Source of the DNA: an uncultured Chloroflexia bacterium
Lineage (GTDB): Bacteria; Chloroflexota; UBA6077; JACCZL01
Direction: 5' to 3'
Length of the DNA stretch: 64,000 nt
Assembly (NCBI GenBank): GCA_963765765.1
Contig: CAVXYC010000014.1
Span: 318,590 to 382,589, forward strand
The position numbers were made by a program, and so were the translations under genes. Below, piece after piece: positions 55,664 to 64,000 of this stretch. Within the stretch, counting starts at the first letter, position 1; every line of letters starts with the position of its first letter. The notes beneath the pieces are model-generated. The model was not told the DNA's origin, did not search any database, and worked only from the letters and a program-made list of their open reading frames with translations.

Positions 55664-55963
55664 ATGACCGCTGTACGCGTCGCTATGGATTGGTCCCGGA
55701 TAGAGCCGGTAATCGCCGAGCTCCAGAAGAAGATCATCGTGCGCTACCCTGAGGCTCAATTCGAGATCTTCGAGGGCGACGACCCGCGCGGGACTTACTT
55801 ACGGGCGATCGTCGACGTCGAAGACACTGATGTGGTCGTGGACCTGGTGGTCGATCGACTGCTCGATCTGCAGATCGAGGAGCAGTTGCCCGTGTACTTC
55901 GTCACTCGCCGCCCTGATGAGCAGACAGCAAATGGGCAGGAGGGCCTCCCGAGGCTGGGCTGA
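55664..55963 (+). CDS. hypothetical protein, probable HEPN partner (degenerate MNT-like fold)
   Basis: coupled to the HEPN gene; acidic DVEDTD stretch but no GS motif. Confidence 0.55.
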   Translation: MTAVRVAMDWSRIEPVIAELQKKIIVRYPEAQFEIFEGDDPRGTYLRAIVDVEDTDVVVDLVVDRLLDLQIEEQLPVYFVTRRPDEQTANGQEGLPRLG

Positions 55964-56952
55964 GACCCTCAGGTCAGTACACTCGAGGTGCCCATCAACG
56001 TTGGCTAAGCTGGATCGTCACGTCCGCCGCAGTGAGGCGGGAGTCATCGTTGAAGATGAGCGGTGTGCCGTGCTCGATGATCGCCCCCGTCCTTACACCG
56101 AGCTGAGTGAGCAGGTCTAAGGCGTTCGTGACTGATGTGGCGGTCGTACTCGGAACAGGCATTTCCGAGAATCGGATGACACTGGCCCGGAGCGCTTCAT
56201 AGTGCTCCGTCAGCTGTCACACTATTGCGCCGACCGACGGCTCATTCCGAATGACACAGTGCCCCTCTGAAATTCCGAGTCCCTAGGCGTCGGTATCGGG
56301 TGCGTCACGACTTAACGAAGTCCAATTCAGCGTTTATTCAAGAAGAACACCAGGGGCGAGCGCAGCGATGCGGAGCGTGCATTCGAGTGGTGTTCCAGCG
56401 GTTCCGACCAACCGGATCGCATCGCTCCGCTTGCTTCACTCGCCTGCGAAAAGCGCTAAGAGCTCACTACATACGTCGGGATTGCGCACATCTTGAGACA
56501 ATGTGGCCAATCCGACGTAGAGCGTCCGCGCATGTAACCGTCCGTGCGCCGGCTCGTTGGAAGAGTAGAGGCCTGGATTCGATACCCCACGCGTCCGCTG
56601 GTGTAGTGGCGCGGAGTTGAGAATCAGGGCGTCGCTCAGGGCCATCCGCTTGATGGCTGCTAACTGAGTGGGGGCTCGCCTCGAGCGTGGGTCCCCTTGC
56701 TGGCTTTTCCCGGCGAATGATCTTCTGTTCCGGACGGAGCAATGCTCCTCCTGAATACAGGCCATATGGCCGATTTGAGCCGATTGCGCTGCCCACCGCG
56801 CAGACTCACCCAAGGTCTCCAAAACCTCAGCACGGGCTCGAGTGCAAATGGAAGGGAGATACCAGACGGAACGTCGACGATCCACAAATGAGGATGACAG
56901 CTGGGCGCGTCGTCGACGAATTTTGAACCCAAGCAAGTAGGAGGACGAATCC

Positions 56953-57660
56953 TTGACGAATCGCATAACTTCCATGATCCGAGGACTGGCGCTGGTAGTC
57001 GGTGTGGGGCTCATGGCAGCGGCCAGCTCCGGGGCGATCACAACGGTTGCCGAGCCGTCCCAGAGCGTAGGAGCGGCGCCACAGGCCGAACGCTTTGGAC
57101 CTGAAACCTTTTACGGAATCGTCGTACCGGGCAGCGTGACTAGCGCGGCTGGTGCCACAAGATTTGTGGTTGAACGGCCGAAGAAGGTGGGGCTCGACAT
57201 CGATCCCACGGCGCGGGAGACGGTGATTTGCCAACTGGAAGGCGTGCCACCAGACCAGGCCGCTCTCGTCACAACCAGTCAGGGCACCACATTGCAGCCG
57301 GTAGCAACACCGGCGGCCCAGGGCCAGGGAGCTGCACCCGGCCAGGCAAGCGCACCAGGCCAGGTGCTGTACTTCTACGGGGCCTTTGATCCCGCGCTGA
57401 GTATTTTCTTCGTCAGTAACGTCGGCACGGATGCCCAGTCCATCGCTCGATTAATGCCCACCACGTCCGACTCTGATGACGACGACGACAACTCATCGGA
57501 CGACGATGACGACAATTCATCAGACGACGAGCGTGACAGCGGCGATGATGATGATGACGACGACGATGATGACGACGACGATGATGATGATGACGACGAA
57601 GATGACAGCGGCGATGACGATGATGATGACGATGACGATGACGACGAGGACGAGGACTAA
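56953..57660 (+). CDS. secreted or membrane-anchored protein with poly-aspartate C-terminal tail
   Basis: GAGGAGG RBS + TTG; signal-like MIRGLALVVGVGLMAAA; about 50 D/E in the last ~64 aa. Confidence 0.8.
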   Translation: MTNRITSMIRGLALVVGVGLMAAASSGAITTVAEPSQSVGAAPQAERFGPETFYGIVVPGSVTSAAGATRFVVERPKKVGLDIDPTARETVICQLEGVPPDQAALVTTSQGTTLQPVATPAAQGQGAAPGQASAPGQVLYFYGAFDPALSIFFVSNVGTDAQSIARLMPTTSDSDDDDDNSSDDDDDNSSDDERDSGDDDDDDDDDDDDDDDDDDEDDSGDDDDDDDDDDDEDED

Positions 57661-57704
57661 AGCGTCCCGCTGACGCCGACGGGCATGCGCGACGAAGCAT
57701 CCTC

Positions 57705-57743
57705 GTACTAGCCCACTCCTCCTTGGGGGTGGGCTAGTACTTT
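57705..57743 (+). terminator. intrinsic terminator
   Basis: 12-bp stem gtactagcccac / gtgggctagtac followed by TTT, just after the poly-Asp gene. Confidence 0.75.
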
Positions 57744-57876
57744 GTCATGCTAATCAGTGGTTGAACGTGCGAGCTGAAGACGCGAGTTTCGCTAGATCGC
57801 GACCACCGCAAGAACACGTGCTGAACGATCGGGGCGACTGGGCTGGATACCGCTCCTTCAGGAGTGCGTGTGGGCT

Positions 57877-57955
57877 GTGACACCGCTTTCATGTCCGGCT
57901 CGTCGCCATATCAGCAAATCGGAGCCCGTGACCACGGAACGGAAAGCGGTGTCAC
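57877..57955. repeat. inverted-repeat element
   Basis: perfect 14-bp IR gtgacaccgctttc / gaaagcggtgtcac. Confidence 0.7.
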
Positions 57956-58054
57956 GGCCAGCTCAGTCTGATGATCGATTTTCGCTCCGTTGCGGTATCG
58001 ACCCCGACGTCTGAAGCTGTTCAGAGTTGAAGGAAGCTAACGGCATCGACGGCG

Positions 58055-58171
58055 CGTAGCACGGGTCCTTGTGGCCTGTGCCTTGGATGCCATCAGCCCC
58101 GGCGCTGTGGACCAGAGCTGCGATCTCGGCCGGCCGCAATCCAGGCACAGGCCACAAGGACCCGTGCTACG
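58055..58171. repeat. GTAG-type REPIN
   Basis: perfect 29-bp IR cgtagcacgggtccttgtggcctgtgcct / aggcacaggccacaaggacccgtgctacg. Confidence 0.85.
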
Positions 58172-58301
58172 AGCAACTACGGTGGCTCGCCACCGCGAAC
58201 GTGAACACTCACGACACCCTCCGGCTCATTGAAGTGATCCCCATCCGGTGCTATTGTGCTCATCAGCTGCACGATACTCGTGGAGAAGGGATGGCAGTGC
58301 C

Positions 58302-58686
58302 ATGATTCAGTCGAAGCCAGTCGTTACAGTGTCAGCGATTGACCACGTTGTCCTGCACGTGCGTGACGTGGAGCGCTCACGTCACTTCTACGTTGATATT
58401 CTGGGGTTCGAAGATCGAACGAGACCGCGGTAAGCAGCTCTTCCTGCGCTGCGGGTCCAATCTGTTGGGCCTCTTCGAGGTCGAAAACGATGTCCATGGT
58501 GGCAGCGAAGTGAATCACATGGCGCTGCGCATGTCATACGGAGATCGGGCAACGGTCAAGGCAGCGCTGGAGGCAGAAGGAATCAAGGTCCACGGGCGCA
58601 CCGGCGATCCCGACTGTGTCTACTTCGATGATCCGGACGGCCACGGTCTGCAGCTTTACACGCTCGAGGACCAGACGCACCACTGA
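58302..58686 (+). CDS. VOC family protein (frameshift ~58408)
   Basis: IDHVVLHVRDVERSRHFYVDILG...NHMAL...YFDDPDGHGLQL. Confidence 0.85.
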
Positions 58687-58742
58687 GACGGAGTCCCGGG
58701 TCCGGAGATAAACCGCGGGGATCGTTCCTACCCCCAGCGGCC

Positions 58743-58899
58743 TGTCATTCTGAGCCCGCAGGCGAAGAATCTTTCCCCCCGGAGTCGGCTATTCCGGCGG
58801 GAAGATCCTTCGCCGCCGCTCAGGATGACCTGAAACTCTGGTACGCGAATGTTCATCCGGGCAGGTGACTTGTTCATGAGAGGCGGCGCCGAAGGATCT
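58743..58899. repeat. REPIN plus half unit
   Basis: tgtcattctgagc...gcgaagaatct / agatccttcgccgccgctcaggatgac; tgttcatgagag...cgaaggatct as at 2180. Confidence 0.8.
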
Positions 58900-58951
58900 T
58901 GTGGGCCGGCACACACCCGGCGCCCCGCGTTGGCGAAAAGGATGGTTTGAG

Positions 58952-59755
58952 ATGGTCGACGTATCCCGCACCCCCAAACTGAAGATGCCCCTGCGCATCG
59001 GGCTCATCATTCCCACGTCAAACCGGTTGTCCGAGCCGCAGTTTCATCGGTACGCGCCCGAAGGCGTGGCCATCCACACCACGCGCCTGCGCATGACCGG
59101 GCCATACCATGCGTCGCTCAAGGAGCTCCTTCCCGCGGGCCGTCGCGGCGGCCGAGCTCCTGGCCGATGCGCGCTGCGACATCATCGTGTTCCACTGCAC
59201 CGGCTCATCGATGCACGACGGCCTGGAGGCGGAGCGGGAGGTGATCGACGCGATCCAGAAGGCGACCGGGCGCCTGGCTACGTCCACGGCCTCGGCGCTG
59301 CTGGCAGCCCTGGAAGCGATGGATGCGCGTAAGGTCGTCCTCACCGCTCCGTCCACGGAAGAAGGCCTCGAGTCCGAGACACGGTTCGTCGAGTCAGCGG
59401 GCTACGAGGTGGTACACGGACGCGCGGTCGGACTGCCGGGCAGCGACGGGTTCGTCGCCGAGCCGTCGGAGACGTGGGTCCAGGTCGCCATCGAGGAGCA
59501 GGATCCCCGAGCAGACCTGATGCTCATGGCCTGCACCAACCTGCACACCACCGAGGTCATTCAGGAGATGGAAGCCGCCATCGGTCGACCCGTGCTCACC
59601 AGCAACCAGTCCACGCTGTGGTACTGCCTGCGACGGCTCGGTCGGAACGACGACATCCCAGAGCTGGGGCAGCTCTTCAAGCTGCCCTTGAAGGACGGAG
59701 CGAGAAGGCTGGCGCCTCGCAGTCAGCGCTGGTCGGCTCGGCGACAGCGTCCTGA
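58952..59755 (+). CDS. maleate cis-trans isomerase / arylmalonate decarboxylase family protein (frameshift ~59135; 3' end uncertain)
   Basis: RIGLIIPTSN, FHCTGSS, MACTNL, PVLTSNQ. Confidence 0.85.
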
Positions 59756-60040
59756 TCGACTTCGTCCTTTATACCGACCGTTACTGGGTAGATCCTTGGC
59801 ACTGGCTGCCACAAGCTCGACCAGGTGGTGGGTAATGTTGGCTTGACTCGTCTCGGCACCATGACACGGCCCTAAGTCACAGCACCCACCTTCACATAGA
59901 GTTGGGTGCTGCTTGTTTACCCCGACACTCACGTTTTTGAAGTTTGAACTTTGGGCCGATTCGGATGCCGTGCAATCACTAATGGCGCTACTATCGGCAC
60001 TTGTCGGCTTGGCCGACGTATGCCCACTACTGGGAGCGAT

Positions 60041-61126
60041 ATGACGGCAATCTGGTCGAACGGTGGCGATGGCTGGCAGCCCCTGGCACCGAGCGGCTTC
60101 CCAAAATGAGGCAGCACTTCACACACTCGTCGAGGAAACACTGCAGATTCTTCCCCTCGCCGGACTCCGCGTCTGGTCGTTGTGGGTCGGGAAGTCACGC
60201 TTGGTACAGGATCGGCGGATCTCATCGCCATCGAACCGAACGGCCGCGTCGCGGTTATTGAGATCAAATTGGCTCGCAATGCCGAGGCTCGTTGAGCGGT
60301 GGTGGCGCAGGTGCTCGCTTACGCGGCGTATCTCCACGGCGTCGATCCGTTCGGTTCGAGGAAGACATCCTCGGTCGTCACCTCCGTGCCCGCGAGTTCG
60401 AGAATCTAGCCGCTGCAGTCTCATCGAACGATCAAGAGGGTCATTCGATCTGGCCTCGTTCACGGCGGGGCTATCGGAGAGCCTCTCGGGCGGAGCGTTT
60501 CGCTTAGTGCTTGTCCTGGATTCAGCCCCGGTACGAGCTCGTGCGGCTTGTCGGGTATCTTGAGGCGGTAACTGACAAGCTGATCATCGATCTAATCACC
60601 GTTTCTGCCTACTCCGTGGGCGAGTCTCAAGTCATGGTCCCTCAGAGGATCGAGCCCGAACGCCCTCAGCCATCATCCAATGTGCCGGAACGAGCGCTCC
60701 ACAAGCGGCGAAAGGCTACACGAGCGAAGGGGCAGACGATTTCGAAGCCAGTATCGCGAGCTCACCTGTGCACTTGCAGCCGAGTTTGAGGATGCTCTGT
60801 GATTGGGGCAAGGCTCTGGATCGAGATGGCCTGGCAAGGGTGTTGACGTATCACGCGAAAAACGGAGCACTCACACTGCTTCCGTATCTACAACCAGACA
60901 ACGCGGGGCTGGTCAGCATCTACAACGAACCAAACAGAGTCTCCGTTCAATTCTGGAGGAGCGTCTTTCTGCGTCGTGCACCAAAGACACTACCTGAGTT
61001 AGAGCATCTCCTTCGCTCCGAAGCCGGTCGGGCAAGGAACTTGGATACAGGACGCGAGCCCCGAGCTACTCGCCATTCTCACGCGGGCGTACCGCGAAGC
61101 CGCGGGGGGACATGTCGCTCCCATAG
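60041..61126 (+). CDS. NucS/DUF91-like PD-(D/E)XK nuclease domain protein (many frameshifts)
   Basis: stitched NEAALHTLVEE...VVGREVTLGTGSADLIAIEPNGRVAVIEIKLARN...VVAQVLAYAAYL. Confidence 0.65.
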
Positions 61127-61143
61127 AATCCTCGGAGGGCAGA

Positions 61144-63268
61144 ATGACTCCGGAGACCGATTCTCAGCTCGCCAACTTCATCTGGAGCATCTGCAATCTG
61201 CTCCGCGGGCCGTATAAGCGCAACGAGTACCGCAAAGTCATCCTGCCGCTCACGGTGCTGCGGCGATTCGATTGCTTGCTCGCGCCGACGAAGCGCGCAG
61301 GTGCTGGCAGCGTACCGAGCGATGAAGCACGGCCGGAGACTGTCGTCAGCGCACCTTGCTCGAAAAGGATCACGGCTGGCCGTTCTACAACACGTCGCAG
61401 CTCGACTTCGCCGAAGCTTACTCGACGACCCGAACCACCTCGCGCCCAACCTGAACGCGTACATCAACGCCTTCTCGCCCAACGTGCGCGAGATCATGGA
61501 GCGGTTCGCCTTCGACCAGCAGATCGCGCGCATGGCCGAGAAGAATCTGCTCTACGAGGTGATCAAGGCGTTTCGCCGAACGTGGATCTCTCGCCGCGAG
61601 CGCGTGGACAACGTGCAGATGGGCTACGTCTTCGAGGAGCTGATCCGCATCGGCGCCGAGCAGTCGAACGAGGAGGCCGGCGAGCACTTCACCCCGCGCG
61701 AGGTGATCAAGCTGATGGTCAACCTGCTGCTCTCGCCGGAGCAGGACCTGCGCGCGCAGCCACGTGGTCAAGACCATCTACGACCCGGCCTGCGGCACCG
61801 GCGGCATGCTCTCGGTCGCCGAGCAGTACATCCGTGAGCTGAACGCCGACGCCAGCCCGCACCTCTTCGGCCAGGACTGGAACGATGAGGCCTGGGCGGT
61901 CTGCAAGTCCGACATGCTGATCAAGGGCGAGGACGCCGACAACATCGTGCTCGGCGACACCTTCACCCAGGACGGCTTCGATCGCGACGCGCGAGGCAGC
62001 AGCTGGACGTTCGACTACATGCTCGCCAATCCGCCGTTCGGCGTGGAGTGGAAGCAGCAGCAGCGGTTCATCGAGCGCGAGCGCGATACGCTCGGCTACC
62101 AGCGGCCGCTTCGGCGCGGGCCTGCCGCGCATCAACGACGGCTCGCTGCTGTTCCTCCAGCACATGCTGTCCAAGATGCGCCCGCCCGAGGACGGCGGCA
62201 GCCGCATCGGCATCGTCTTCAACGGCTCGCCGCTGTTCACCGGCGACGCCGGCAGCGGCGAGAGCAACATCCGCCAGTGGATCATCGAGAACGACTGGCT
62301 GGAGGCCATCGTCGCGCTGCCGGACCAGCTCTTCTACAACACCGGCATCTCCACCTACATCTGGGTGCTCACCAACCGCAAGGACGAGCGAGCGCAAGGG
62401 CAAGGTGCAGCTCATCGACGCGCGCCAGTTCTTCGTCAAGATGCGCAAGAGCCTCGGCAACAAGCGCAACAAGCTCGGCGACGCCGACGAAGGCGAGCCC
62501 GACCAGATCGGCGAGATCACCCGAATCTACGGCAACTTTCAGGACGGCGAGACGCGCACCTTCACGGATCGGACGGTCGCCGAGCAGAAGACGCGCTGCG
62601 TCGTCAGCAAGGTCTTCGACAACGCGGACTTCGGCTTCCACAAGATCACCGTCGAGCGCCCGCTGCGCCTGAACTTCCAGGCCGACCGCCGAGCGCATCG
62701 CCCGCCTGGAGGAGGAGAGCGGCTTCCGCAACCTCGCCACCAGCAACAAGCGAACGAGACGGCCCGCCACGAAGAGATCGCGGTCGGCAAGCAGCGGCAG
62801 GAGGCGATCCGCGGCTCCTCGCGACTTCGCCGCGAGAGCACGGCGGCACAGCTCTACAACGACCGCGAGGCGTTCCTCACCGACGCTACGCGCGCAGTCG
62901 ACCGACTGCCGGCGTCCGCCTGAGCGCGCCCGGAGATCAAGGCCATCGCTCAACGCCCTCGGCGAGCGCGACGAGACGGCCGAGATCTGCCGCGACCGCG
63001 ACGGCAACCCCGAGCCCGACGCCGACCTGCGCGACACCGAGAACGTGCCGCTCAAGGAGAGCATCGAGCGACTACTTCGAGCGCGAGGTGCTGCCCCACG
63101 TCCCCGACGCCTGGATCGACCACGAGCAAGACCAAGGTCGGCTACGAGATCCCGCTCAACCGCCACTTCTACGTCTACGAGCCGCCGCGCCCGCTGGAGG
63201 AGATCGAGGCGGAGATTAAAGGCCTAGAGAGGGAGATTCTTAGGCTGCTTGCGGATGTTCGAGCGTGA
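61144..63268 (+). CDS. hsdM: type I restriction-modification methyltransferase subunit (many frameshifts)
   Basis: [60 protein letters not shown]. Confidence 0.92.
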
Positions 63269-64000
63269 GTTACGTGGTTGGGACTGGCTATTGCTTGAGC
63301 GACTCTGATTGGCTCGGACAGGTGCCTTCGCACTGGACGGTGAAACGCATTAAGTACCTGGCAACAATCAACGATGAGGTATTGCCAGAGACGACCGACC
63401 CAAGTCTTGAAATCTCGTACGTAGATATTGGTAACGTAAACGCCGTCAGCGGCATCGTCGCGACAGAAGACCTGCAATTCGATGGCGCGCCGGGTCGAGA
63501 CACGCCGCTAGTACGAAATGGTGAAATTATTGTCCCGACGGTCCGCAGTACCTACGGGTGATGCGGCGATCGTGAGCGCGAAACTCAATGCCGTCGCTCT
63601 ACCGGGTACGACATGTTGTGCTCCTCGGGCGCTCAACCAAAGCTTCGCCTCGCCTGCGTTGCGGCCTAAAGACATGCTCGATCTTTAGTGGCTCGCGATG
63701 GGCGTTAGCTATCGGGCAGCAACCCACCTGATATCGGAGACGTAAGCATTGCCGTCCCACCCCTAAGCGAGCAGCGCGAGATCGCCTACTTCCTCGACGC
63801 GCAGACGGCGAAGCTTGAGACGCTGATCGCAAAGAAGCAGGCACTGATCGAGAAGCTGAAGGAGAAGCGCGCGGCGCTCATCTCGGGCACGGTCACCCGC
63901 GGCCTCCCGCCCGACGCCGCCCGCGCCGGCATGCTGATCCTGACCCGCCGCTCAGGCCATCAGGCGTCGAGTGTACCCGCGTGTCAAACCAATTCATGTG
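63265..64000 (+). CDS. hsdS: type I restriction-modification specificity subunit (partial, frameshifted, runs off the window)
   Basis: GTGA overlap with hsdM; [17 protein letters not shown]; [33 protein letters not shown] spacer. Confidence 0.85.

Noticed and set aside
56020-56120. EAGVIVED...PYTEL looks like an ABC ATPase C-terminus, a candidate fourth uvrA-end copy
   Set aside because: No nucleotide alignment to 52241-52337; too weak to call
57476-57673. Thr/Met-rich ORF and the Arg/His-rich antisense ORF 57413-57700
   Set aside because: Alternate-frame readings of the poly-Asp codons
61144-63268. Programmed phase variation of hsdM via frameshifts
   Set aside because: Indels are many and scattered with no simple-sequence tract; sequencing error near the window end is the simpler explanation

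Overview
GC-rich bacterial DNA, most consistent with an uncultured Chloroflexota genome (inferred from Pro/Ala/Lys-linker lipoprotein solute-binding proteins, GAF-LuxR paralogs and GTCATCCTGAG-type REPs). Many genes are broken by single-base indels, often in homopolymers, so uncorrected long-read error and real decay cannot always be separated. No rRNA, tRNA or CRISPR array was seen. Layout: (1) 0.2-24 kb, a signal-transduction island with six LuxR-HTH proteins, PAS/GAF proteins, two histidine kinases, an Hpt-REC protein, HtrA and DUF1269/HdeD membrane proteins, part of it bracketed by ~290-bp inverted repeats; (2) 24-41 kb, an amide/N-heterocycle catabolic cluster with five orphan solute-binding proteins and an IS66; (3) 41-56 kb, high-GC cassettes (ArsR-SRPBCC-sigma4-MFS::anti-sigma; AraC-VOC-DoxX-DUF1801-UvrA-like; HepT/MNT; SigJ; HEPN), several bounded by duplicated gene 3' ends; (4) 57-64 kb, a secreted poly-Asp protein, a NucS-like nuclease and type I R-M hsdM/hsdS. 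Best leads: an MFS transporter fused to a ZAS anti-sigma finger behind a sigma4-only gene, serial cassette accretion at the uvrA-like 3' end, an unnamed ~85-aa domain found both alone and fused to a PAS pseudo-kinase, and a frameshift-hidden Bell-like protein with an amyloid-type tail.
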